From assembly GCF_001194135.2 (NCBI RefSeq), contig NC_068983.1, forward strand, positions 109,690,032 to 109,754,031: a DNA stretch of 64,000 nucleotides, written 5' to 3'. A program made the position numbers and the translations under genes. Source of the stretch: Octopus bimaculoides (lineage: Eukaryota). Under the pieces are notes generated by a model. It made no database searches, was not told where the DNA came from, and saw only the letters and a program-made list of their open reading frames with translations. This document shows, piece after piece, positions 1-11,018 of the stretch; position 1 is the first letter of the stretch, and each line of letters starts with the position of its first letter.

Positions 1-825
1 ATCCAACCATATTTTTTTTGTTTTAATAGAAGAAAAAAGGCTGAGAATTATGGGCATCAGTCAAATTTCAAAATGGCACTTACTTAGATTATAAAACGAA
101 TTTCTTTAAAACAATTTTGAATACTTTAATAAATTTTCTAGTCAAATAGAATTTTAGTAATTTACATAATATCAAATTTAATATTAGAAAATCAATATAA
201 TTTACATGACACTGCATTTGATATTTAAAATCAATTTCAAAATGCAAGCACTTTGTAATTGAGGCAAGATGTTCATATAATGGAGCCTTTTTAATCTTGT
301 TCCAATATTTCCATCTCAAAGACCTTTCAATGATTCTAAAAATATTTTCTTTTGAATATGTACATGAGCAAGAAAATATCAAACCTGATAAAGACATAAT
401 TCTAGATAATATAAAAAATGTAACAGCATTGTTTTAATATAAAGATAAATGAACACATGAAATCTAATGTCTTTCAAACAACACAGGATGAGTTTCTAAT
501 TTTGGTTATCTTAAGCTAATGTTTTGTCAGCAACTTAGTGAAATGATAAAGCATGGAAGTTGCTCATGCAAATGATAAATTACTGTTTCTTCTTCTCAAG
601 TGATTTCTACAAAGAAGTGAAGTAAACCTAGCTACCAAAATGTGTGTACTAATTATGCTAACTTCTTTGTAAGCAATATTGTGACTCAAATTTTCACCTA
701 GTTTACAAGTTGATCCCTGAACAATACAGCAGCTACATCAATGTGAATATCAGTTCCACCTCACTCACTAGAGAAGAACTCATTCTTTTCATGAATTTTA
801 AGTATTTCAACTCTGCACAGACACA

Positions 826-970
826 TAAACACACACACACACATATACATACACACAGACATACACACACACACACACACATACAGATATACATATACAC
901 ATACATATATACGCATACATCTACATGCACCCCCCACACACACATGCATGCACACACACACACACACACA
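826..970. repeat. (CA)n/(TACA)n compound microsatellite
   Basis: Seen directly; accounts for the HT/CV-repeat ORFs at 710-1015. Confidence 0.95.
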
Positions 971-1868
971 GTTACCTGTACAGTTATGCTTCAGTCTGAT
1001 TACTTAATAATTTAAAAACATTGAATATCACTCATATATATTAAAATACAGGTTCTTATCAACTAAGGCTGAAATGTGAGTATAATAAATTTTACTCAGG
1101 ATAGCCCAGTTGTTTATTCTTATATTCTCTTTTATTTTCACTTTCATTCTTATACATGCTTCCCTTAAATCAAAATATCACCATAGTTAACTCTTCACAA
1201 CATATCTTCATTGCAAGAGAATTTACCCACCATAAGATGTAAAACAAGAATTAAAATTATTCAGACCAATGTCTCCAGAGATACCATTGTGAGTGATAAA
1301 GTAAAACTTGAGTTGTAATCTCACCCATTCATGTAATTTTCAAAATAGCTTGAATTTTCACAGGTACGATTAGTCTCAATTAAAACAGCAAAATGAAAAT
1401 AATGATACTTACATACAAGTCTGCCTGAACACCATTATAGACTCCCAAGTAAAGCAATGCACTGAAGCCCATACATGCACAACCACATAAAACCAATTTG
1501 TATAAACATAATTATGGAAAATAAGTAGAAGTTTTAAAACAACCCCAAAAGCAGAAATTTTAAAAAGCCTATTCTTATTCAACTTCATAACATGCAAAGA
1601 CAGATCTTTTCAGATAGTGTTATTTTTGATAACTCTCCTCAATTCGAAGGTCTGTCAGTATCTTATATTTTGTAGTCTAAGAGTGAAAGCACAAATGTTT
1701 TTCCAGAACTTGGAATACCCCGATTAGGATAGCTACCAAAGTGTTATGTCCTATGCCATGCACACACACTATGCACAGGCCCCCACCTCAAATATCAGCA
1801 AAAGTACTTTTGATGTTTCCAGAACCCACCCATCTATCAGTCACAACAATAAAAATTCAAATTGTTTT

Positions 1869-2146
1869 CATCATCATCATCATCATCATCATCATCGTTT
1901 AATGTTCGCTTTCCATGCTTGCATGGGTTGGATGATTTGACTGAGGACTGCTGAACCGGATGGCTGCACCAGGCTCCAATCTGATCTGGTAGAGTTTCTA
2001 CAGCTGGATGCCCCTCCTAACGAAACCACTCCGAGAGTGTAGTGGGTGCTTTTACGTGCCACCAGCACGAGGGCCAGTCATGTGGTACTGGCCACGCGGT
2101 ACGGCCATGCTCAAAATGGTGTTTTTTATGTGCCACCTGCACAGAA
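1869..2146 (-). mobile_element. RTE-clade LINE 3' end fragment with (GAT)n tail
   Basis: (CAT)n run followed by CGTTTAATGTTCGCTTTCCATGC..., the diverged reverse complement of the 3' end of the RT-bearing copy at 20054-20318. Confidence 0.85.
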
Positions 2147-2743
2147 ATATATAAATAGATAGGTGATTTCAACAAAATCAGTGCTTAAACATTAACAATA
2201 AAAAAAAGCATACACACTACAACAGAGATTAATCAACACACCCTTTTGAAGAATATAGCAAGAACCTTGAAAAATTTTAACATATAATCATATGCAACTG
2301 GTACATCATGTAGATAGAGATGAGACAACATGGAATTGCAGTAAATTATTTATTATTATTCAAGTGTACAACACAAATGTTTGCAAAATTTCTTTGTAGA
2401 AAATCGCTTTAGAATTGATTTGAAGGAAAAAGCTTTCAAGATGTCATTTTTCATGCACATAAGTGAAAGCCCATTGAAATGCTGCTGTGCCACTAAAAAA
2501 AGTATAATATTAATATTCTAAGTTATTAACTAGGATATACTTTGACTTCATTGTTTTAGGTTGTTCTGCTGGTCAATCAGAATAAAAATTGTGAAATAAT
2601 AACAGTAAAATCGCTGATAGACTTGATATCAACTAAAAAAGCTGCTTGTTAATTGTTTCAAGATTCTACCCAAGATGAGTAGTCTAAAATTTGTATATTC
2701 AAAATGAAAATTTTAAAAAGAATTTCTTACCAACATGTTGTTG

Positions 2744-2847
2744 GAAGCTTTAGGTGTTTTCGCTCACAACGCCCAGTCTGGAAATCGAAACTGCGATCTT
2801 ATGACTACAAGTCCACTGCCATAACCACTGGGCCATTGCGCCTCCAC
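2744..2847 (-). mobile_element. tRNA-derived SINE head fragment
   Basis: Minus strand reads GTGGAGGCGCAATGGCCCAGTGG (A-box-like) ... GTTTCGATTTCC (B-box-like); homologous to 62016-62140. Confidence 0.75.
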
Positions 2848-3075
2848 TTCTTACCAACAATAAGCCTCATAATGAACAGTACATCTCAAAAATCTGGATG
2901 TCAACTTGAATGATGACACAGGATTTGAGAGAGAGAGAGAGAGAGAGAGGTGGTGGGGGTGTAAACATAAAATAGGGGCTGATAAACAGATCAATAATTG
3001 AAAAAAGTCTCTACTGAATTTGAACTAGAGACAAAAGCAAGAACAAAAGCAACAACAACATAATACATACATATT

Positions 3076-3240
3076 CATCATCATCATCATCATTTAACAT
3101 TCTTTTTTTTATTATGCTGTCATTGGTTGGATGGTTTGAGAGGAGCTAATGATTCAGAGGTCTGCGACGAGCTCTGACTAGATCCTAAATCCATGGTAAT
3201 GACATTGACTACTTTAACGGTACCTCTTCTAACTCAATAC
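3076..3240 (-). mobile_element. Highly degenerate RTE-type 3' tail
   Basis: (CAT)n followed by TTTAACATT...TTGGTTGGATGGTTTGA, in the same order as the copy at 1869. Confidence 0.5.
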
Positions 3241-4554
3241 ACTACATAGCAAGCAAACACTGCAAAGGGGAAAGTGGAGAGCCATTGAATGACATGTTCT
3301 AAGAACATCACCTGCATCAGAACACAAATCTATAGTCCCACAATATTACTCTCCTTGCAGCAACACAGACCACCTTGAACAAGTAGAATTCTCTAACATT
3401 ATTTGCAAATGACATCTGCAATATAAGGAAAAGTGTCTCATCATCATTCATCAACAACCAGCTGTATCTCTTAAGTAAAAAAATTATCTAGTATTCTACT
3501 ATCAGAATCAGAGATGTACTTGTTTGGCAAGTCATCTGATCTAAGACTATATGTTGAAACTAAAACAATTACAGAATAAAAGACACATATTAACGATTCA
3601 CAATGCAAGAACTCAACTACACTTAAATATTTATTATTTGTTATCAAATTTTTATCGCATCAGTTGAAACTTGGCCAATGACGTAGTTCCACTGCATCTA
3701 ATTTAGAGTGAACTTATCAGGATGTATAAGCTTCAGGGTGATAAATGTATTTTTCATCTATGTTGTATGTCATTCTGGTTGTCATTGCCTGTTGTTAGTA
3801 AATTGGTCAGTTAACGTGGTATCTAATTCTAATCCACAAACCATATCTTTTTTATTTCTATAGTATTGTATACAGAAATGATTTCAAAGGAGAGACTATG
3901 ACTATAGGTTGACACAAATTGCATGAGTAAGGGGAGTGGGTGGGGTGGGGGCAGAGGAAATAGCAGCAGAAGTAGGAGTAGCAGGAGTGGTAGTATTAGT
4001 AGCAGTAGTAATGAAATTAGCAGAACTAGTGGTGAAAGAAGAAAATATATAAAATGCAATAAAAGGGATATATTTTGTTACTATGTTTTTTTTAAATCCT
4101 TGGTAGATTACACTGAGCATAGGGTTTACCTATCATACACCAACAGCCTTCTACTTTCCTTTAGATAACAACTAGATTATATATACCTATGGCTGACATC
4201 AAGGGGAATTGCAACTCATTGGTTTAATAGCTTCTATAAAATTTCACTAAAACTTCCATAAACCTTATGCCTACAATCTTCCATAAAATTTACTGAATCT
4301 CATAATTCCAGAAACTTTACATAGAAAAAGGAAAACTACATTAGCACAGAGTACTGAAACTGACTTCTACATAGCAGCAGTTGCCAGCCATGATTCCTTC
4401 ACCAGCCAGTAACAGTTACACTCCTCATCCAATGATAGCCAATCTTATGTAGAAGCTGTGAATGCTTTGTTACTCAGAACCAGACATCCAGGAGTGATAG
4501 CTCACTTCTATGAAACTTTATATTATTAGATTCTGAATGAGATTGTATACATAC

Positions 4555-4660
<106 letters not shown>

Positions 4661-4859
4661 GATTTCATTCAGAATCTAGTAATATAAAGTTTCACAGAAG
4701 TGATCTATCACTCCTGGATGGCTGGTTCTGAATTACAAAACTGTGATGTGCAAAATTTGTTAACACCCCTTAGAATGCTACAATCAAATGTTAGTTTGTC
4801 TTTGAGCACATGGCCATCAATGAGGATGAAAACCATCTACCAATAGGCTCTGATGATGG

Positions 4860-5090
4860 CTAAAAACTCAAGAAAATCAGTGACTGTAACTATCTGGTGT
4901 CCTGCATAGTTAACAGGAAGGAAAATTTCCTGATGTGCAAAAGACAAGACTGAAGTGCTTGTAACAAGCTTTACAACTTCAAGCATTCAAATGCCTCTAA
5001 GTCAACAAGGCTGACCTTCTCCAAAGTGCTTGTAGGGAGTATTCTCTATGGAAACATAATAAAACTACTTCTTAAACTCATTTACTCAAA
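4860..5090 (+). pseudogene. Decayed RTE/RTEX-like LINE ORF, post-RT region
   Basis: Translates to KLKKISDCNYLVSCI...QD*SACNKL...VGSILYG, matching the KYLGS / AWSACNKL / VESILLYG motifs of RTE-type LINEs. Confidence 0.6.
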
Positions 5091-5873
5091 GAAATGTCTT
5101 GAGTTTGGGCTCCCAATCACTGATGACATCTAACATGGTTCTTAAGGCCTGCAAAAGATTTACAAGTCATTCCACACCAACCACAAGTCAAATGCCCAGT
5201 AGCAGCCTGACCATCTGGGTGATGGGACCCTAAAACATCAAGTGAATTGAATGGTCAGCCTACAAACCCTGCTTCACAAGGTGCACAAGAGATGATGCTT
5301 CATATTATACTGGTAGACAGAAGCACCTCTGTAACCAAGCTTATGACTAAGTAGGCCGACCATTTGAGAAACAGACACAACAACACTGGTCTACAAAAGA
5401 GACTCTTTTGTGCCCTTTAGGGAGTGTGTGAGCCCTCTTACTCAAAAGAGACTCTTTTGTGCCCTTTTGAGTAAGAGGGCTCACACACTCCCTATATTTA
5501 CCAGCATGTCTCAACTCACTGTATGCAACACTTATTCTTCACTTCTTTAAAACCAGTAGAAATCAGATTCATCCACAACTCCCTCTCTAAAGTAAGAAAC
5601 TCCAAAGTGTTATTATCGATATTGATCTTTAGAATTGTCATTGAAATGGCTTGCACAGGGTATGTCTCCCTTGTTCTAACTCACCATGCAACACCTGCTT
5701 TGGTAGGCAGATATCCTCTAAATGGACAAGATGATCAAACCATCTAAGCTGGTGTTTCATAATCATGGACTCCGTATTTGTTATTTCTGCTAGATACAAT
5801 ACTCTTGTATGAGATACATGAGCTTGCCAAGAGATCTTCAAGATATTACACAAGCATCACTGGTGAAAACACT

Positions 5874-6226
5874 TGTAGTAACGCCGTGCGCATGCATAGT
5901 CTCATGCATGCGTGGAATTCAACATCCAAGCGTTACCCACTTTATTCTGTCTCTTTCTCGACTGGCCAGCGATTGAGCAAGGACGTGTCTAGCTGTCTCT
6001 CTCCATCTTTCGAACTCACGCTAGACAGCTCACATCAACATACCAACGTCCCAACAACCATGTTCTCACACACAGAAGGCGTCTCAACAATCAAGAGTAA
6101 AGCTGTATATTTTCCACCATAAATAAATATTGTTGAGTTGATAGTTTGGAGTTCTGCGTTCCGTTCATTCTAATTTAATATAGGAAATTGGGTGTACACC
6201 TAATGGTGTATAACCAATTTCCTACA
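5874..6226 (+). repeat. 5' LTR
   Basis: TG...CA, 353 bp, 12 substitutions relative to 7194-7546 (counted by hand). Confidence 0.95.
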
Positions 6227-6229
6227 AAT

Positions 6230-6242
6230 TGGTGACCCCGAC
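6230..6242 (+). promoter_or_regulatory. Primer-binding site complementary to tRNA-Trp 3' end
   Basis: TGGTGACCCCGAC 3 nt after the LTR; matches the first 13 nt of the tRNA-Trp PBS (TGGTGACCCCGACGTGAT) known from avian sarcoma/leukosis viruses. Confidence 0.85.
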
Positions 6243-6361
6243 TAAAGAACAAATGCGGCCATGGATTCTGGACTACCAACCAATAATACTATACGAGACG
6301 TCAAATTCATTTTTACACAGCGTCGTCTACTTGCTAAAAATACCAGCAACATGCTCGTCAC

Positions 6362-6769
6362 ATGCGAACAATTTCATCTTGGGTTAAAAATTTTTTCAAG
6401 GTTTTCGCTAATGGTCGTACAGATTGTATCTGTCGACCGTCTGTAAAAGCGTACCTCTTCAAACACCATCATCACCAAGCAGCCTTTTCAGCACCAGCTT
6501 CGTTCAACCAAGATTACCACCGCAACGACAACAACAACCACTACCAACTACAAGCATTCCCCCGACGTCGCCAACAGTTTCAACAGGACATCATTACCAC
6601 CGTCAACATCATTACCACCACACATACAGAACACAGCTACAGCTATAAACCAGTTCCTGTGCCGAAGTCTTCGCCATCAATGTACTGTCTACCACAATGT
6701 CATGCGCCAACAACCCCACCACCAGGGACACACCAGATCAACGCACTCGGTTTTATCTTCACTGTATGA
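6362..6769 (+). CDS. Internal 135-aa ORF of the LTR element, unknown function, possibly non-coding
   Basis: ATG-initiated, H/Q/N/T/P-rich; no gag, protease or integrase motif recognised. Confidence 0.25.
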   Translation: MRTISSWVKNFFKVFANGRTDCICRPSVKAYLFKHHHHQAAFSAPASFNQDYHRNDNNNHYQLQAFPRRRQQFQQDIITTVNIITTTHTEHSYSYKPVPVPKSSPSMYCLPQCHAPTTPPPGTHQINALGFIFTV

Positions 6770-7179
6770 GTGGAATATCCACTCACGCACAACAGTCAGA
6801 GCTAGCCGACTAGGATATTTAGTACCAGGTAACAGGTCGCAACTCGCATCGACACTCAACTACAGCTCTGCTAACTGACCACAACTTCCTGAGTACAGAC
6901 ATTCAACTTGTGTAACTTTTATACGAACTGGATTTTTTTTCTCTACAGACACTTTTACTATGTTCTGTGTTTTTTCTCTCTCACACACACACTTGTGCAC
7001 TCATACATTTTCTTTCCTTTCAGAAACATTGCATGCATGTATCTCACAAGTGTACATTCATGTCTTTGATTTTTCTTTGTGTGTCTTTGTGCTACATCTT
7101 GTGGGTGGTTTTCAGTGGCCATCCGGCCTCAGGCGTTCCTCCAAAAAAAAAAAAATTATATTATCGTGCGTTCCACACT

Positions 7180-7190
7180 GGCGAGGGGAG
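7180..7190 (+). promoter_or_regulatory. Polypurine tract
   Basis: GGCGAGGGGAG followed by CCC immediately before the 3' LTR. Confidence 0.8.
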
Positions 7191-7193
7191 CCC

Positions 7194-7546
7194 TGTAGTA
7201 ACGCCGTGCATATGCGTAGTCTCGCGCATGTGTGGAATTCAACATCCAAGTGTTTCCCGCTTTATTCTGTCTCTTTCTCGACTGGCCAGCGATTGAGTAA
7301 GGACATGTCTAGCTGTCTCTCTCCATCTTTCGAACTCACGCTAGACAGCTCACATCAACATACCAACGTCCCAACAACCATGTTCTCACACACAGAAGGC
7401 GTCTCAACAATCAAGAGTAAAGCTGTATATTTTCCACCATAAATAAATATTGTTGAGTTGATAGTTTGGAGTTCTGCGTTCCGTTCATTCTAATTTAATA
7501 TAGGAAATTGGGTGTACATCTAATGGTGTATAACCAATTTCCTACA
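7194..7546 (+). repeat. 3' LTR
   Basis: TG...CA, followed by the CACT TSD. Confidence 0.95.
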
Positions 7547-7893
7547 CACTCAAGACATTGGATATGCTTGTGGTAGGTTGTTCAGGTCATGCATCCATTC
7601 AACAGTGCTGTCAAAACACATACTTGATAGACTTCAACTTTTGTTGCTACTTTGATGTTCAGTCTTGATTCAAACTTTTCAAATGCATCACAGTCTTTAG
7701 AAAATCTATAATCTCCTCATTAAGTATATGAAATGTAGATCATGTGAGGCTTTGGAGCCCAAAGCTATAACCAAAATGTCAATTATGTCACACTAGTGTG
7801 GAAGTCATCACATACATAATTAGTAGCTATCTAAAAACTATCATCAAGGTACTACCTCACAAGGCAACATGATATTGTTATGAAAACAATATA

Positions 7894-8416
7894 TGAGGTC
7901 TGATAAAAAAATATCGGGAGTGTTGCTATGGTAATGGAACTAAAGCACACATAATGAAGCCACTTGGTACAGATTGACCTTGAACTCTGTCACAAATGCA
8001 TGCTAAGTCCCATCGTTTATAGCAGTGCTTGGAAGTAAAGTGTGTAGAGTACAGTCAAGTTTCAGTTTGCCAGATCTCCTTAATTGTGTCAAGGAAGATG
8101 AAAACTTTTTGAAAATGGTCATAACAGGTAACAAACCGTGGATCTATGGATATGACCTAGAAAACAAAGCAAAAATCAAATCCCAATTGAAAGGAATGAG
8201 ATCTCAAGACATCAAAGAAATCCAAGAGAATGCAACAAGGTAGCTGCTTGCTATCCCAAAAGAGGAGTTCCAAGAATGTTTCTATCATTGGAAATGAGGA
8301 AGGATAAAGTGTGTAGCTTCAGAAGTGGACTACTTCAAAGGAGATTAAATGCTGAATTGATGTGTTGTGGTTTCCTTTTTATAGAACCAGTCCTGATACT
8401 TTGTGATCAGACCTCA
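7894..8416 (+). mobile_element. Internally deleted mariner element
   Basis: Imperfect TIRs TA|TGAGGTCTGATAAAAAAATATCGGGA and TCCTGATACTTTGTGATCAGACCTCA. Peptide remnants FLKMVITGNKPWIYGYD (cf. ITGDETW) and IKCVASEVDYFKGD* (mariner C-terminus). Confidence 0.88.
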
Positions 8417-9358
8417 CAAAATGCCATCTGAAAAAAATGACTGTTCTTGAATAAATATGTAGAATCTCCCCGTTCCTGAATATATACATAATCATCAACA
8501 CAAAAAATATTGACAATATTGACAGAACTTTCCCATCAAAACTTCTATGAAGTGCAAACATAGGCCAAATATAGTTGTTTGGGACAGACAAGCAAAATGA
8601 TGCACCATCATATAGGTCAAATGCCCTACTGATGTGAATTACTAAACAACTACTTCAAAACTTTTAGGTCCCATACCTAGATTATAGTTTCACATTCATA
8701 CCAATAATAAATGGGGCATTTGGTTTTCTTAGTAGATACCTAAGTGACAATTTGGAAATGCTACAGTTTTCAGAAAAAGAAATCAACTAGATGAAATGCA
8801 TCTTAGAAATGCAATTTGTAAGGGGAACAGTAAAAATATGCAAGACTTTTCTCAAGTTCAGCATGTGACATTCTTTATGCTATCTAAGTTTTAATGATGG
8901 AGCTTTATATCTTTGTTATAAACCTACTTCTTTCTTATATGAAGACGTCAACAAATTAAAAATAAAAGAGAACATACATATATATCACTCATTCATTTTT
9001 ATGTTGTTTTTCATAGTGACATAGGTTAGATGAAAAGTTATTAAAATAATATTTAAGAGAAGGATGCCCCTCCTGTTACCAATACTTATTTGGTTTTGAA
9101 GTAAGAGATTTTTTTTATTGCACTGGCCTTCAGAAGAGCATAACTGTACTTTGTATTGTTTATAGATGTGAAAAATATTCTTGTCTTGTTCAAACAGTTT
9201 CTAGTGCAGCAAAATACACTTGCCAGAGAAGCCTCACAGTGCCACCTTTAGCAAGTGTTTATTACTATTCTTAAAAATATTCTATGCTATGGTTCACTAT
9301 AAACTTCATAATTTTATAGTTTTCAAAATAGCAGAGGAAATTACAAAGATACTGCTAA

Positions 9359-9389
<31 letters not shown>

Positions 9390-10800
9390 GTGTGTGTGTT
9401 GCAAATGAGATTCTCACATTTTCCCAACCGATCTGAACAATTACCATACGGATACTTTTTTTTTTGTTTATTCTTTTCTTTGGCATGCTGGTAATCACTG
9501 TATGGATATTCCAGTATCTCAAGTTCAAATATCCAAATGTGTTCCATTGATTACCAAGTAAAATTTAAAATATTGGTTTACTTCCAAATTTTTTTCTTTC
9601 TGTTGTAAATGTGTTATGAGGTTATATGATGAGTAAACCAAACATTATATGAAAAATAAAAACAGTAACCTGGAAAAAAATTAAATACGAGGTATATGAT
9701 GACACAACTTCTTTTAAATATCTCTGTTTATAATAGTTAATGATTCAAAATACCATCATACCCAGCCCACATAATTATAAAAACATTCTTTTCATTTTCT
9801 TTTATTTTCTTTTTGGTTAATACTGTGTCAAATATTTCTTTTAATTACATAACATCAAACATAACCTTAAGTCTTTATTTGCTTTTTCTTATTTGAAAAT
9901 ATTATGTTTATATTTCTTGATGTTTTCTAATAAAATTAAAAACAAATTTCAATTAAGCCAAGAAATGTATTACACATATCTTAAGAGAAATATGGAAGTC
10001 AAACAAACAACCTCAAAAGCAGCTTCTGACAAGTTTTTATATATTAAAATCAATAAGTCATCTACTAAAATTTCAAAAATATCCAGCTAACTTCTATCTA
10101 ACTCTCTTGTCCATAAACATTTTCTATCAAGGATCACTCTACTTTCATATTATCTACAGTTATTTTCCCTTTAGTAAATGCCTCAGTCTCTAAAACAAAG
10201 TTTTTCTACAGAAGAAAATTTACTTCCAGTAACAGCTTCAAGCAGATTTATAGATTAAAGTACATTGAAGTTGTTAGCTTAATTTTATGCCTTCTCTTTA
10301 ATTATTTATTTTTCACGAATATGTATTCAGGTAAGTTTATGTTATAACAATAAAAAAATTTCACCAAAAATTACTTTATTATTTACTTTAAGTTTGACAT
10401 TATAAAATACCTCTATATCTATCTATATTGAGAAAACATTTTGAATCTTACAAATAACTACTGCTTGTTTCTATAAGAGCTTGTAACTGAATCTGCATTT
10501 TCAATGGTATAGTGTGGGGTGCACAAGGCATATAAACAATATAAGATGGCCACTTTTTTCATGCTGAAGGCAAATATATGTTGAAAGTACATGCCATTTA
10601 ACATATGAGTGACCACTATGTTCTGTACATGCTATGCCACTGCTCATTTTCATTCATATATTTTCAAGTTTGAACTTACAAACTTACTTTGTAATAAAAT
10701 CCTTGTTCATTAAATCACAACTGCAAGCTCTATGTTTACATGGTTAAGAATAAGGAGCTATATTAAAGTTTATACAATAATAACAAATTTAGAGATATCT

Positions 10801-11018
10801 TTAACCCTTTTAATAGCAACCTGCCTGAGACTGTACCTGGCTCTATGATGAAAACTTCTTTTAAAATTATCCAAATTACATCAAAATTTTCTGCTGCTTT
10901 ATGTTCCAAACACCAGGTTAATAATGACAAAGTCATTTTACTGAATTCTTCATTATTTTCAAAATTAATTGAGACAAAAGCAGTGTATTTCAACAGAAAT
11001 ACAGTAACAAAAGGTAAA
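10801..11018. mobile_element. MITE with piggyBac-like TTAA/CCC termini
   Basis: Starts TTAACCCTTTT and ends AAAAGGTAAA (imperfect inverted terminus); ~220 bp, non-coding. Confidence 0.5.

Larger units (their letters stand above)
5874..7546 (+). mobile_element. Complete non-autonomous LTR retroelement (TRIM-like, Gypsy-type signals)
   Basis: Two 353-bp direct repeats with TGTAG...CTACA termini; CACT TSD at 5870-5873 and 7547-7550; PBS after the 5' LTR; PPT before the 3' LTR; no recognisable gag/pol inside. Confidence 0.95.
5600..7700 (-). mobile_element. Old RTE-clade LINE remnant split by the LTR element
   Basis: Right part reads TKVEVYQVCVLTALLNGCMT*TTYHKHIQCLE. Left part continues [24 protein letters not shown]...[25 protein letters not shown]. 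This is a continuous RTE C-terminal region once the insert and one CACT copy are removed. Confidence 0.85.

Noticed and set aside
89-397. 102-aa minus-strand ORF with a possible acceptor (TCTTTATCAG) and donor (CAT/GTAAAT)
   Set aside because: No recognisable domain and no compatible neighbouring exon found; needs RNA-seq.
2744-2847. SINE heads as genuine tRNA genes (also 28616, 29302, 62016)
   Set aside because: A/B-box-like motifs are present but there is no complete cloverleaf, and each continues into SINE body sequence.
6960-7442. 160-aa ORF reading into the 3' LTR (and the 114-aa ORF at 5778-6122)
   Set aside because: They cross element boundaries, begin in low-complexity or host-LINE sequence and show no retroelement motifs; incidental open frames in GC-richer LTR DNA.
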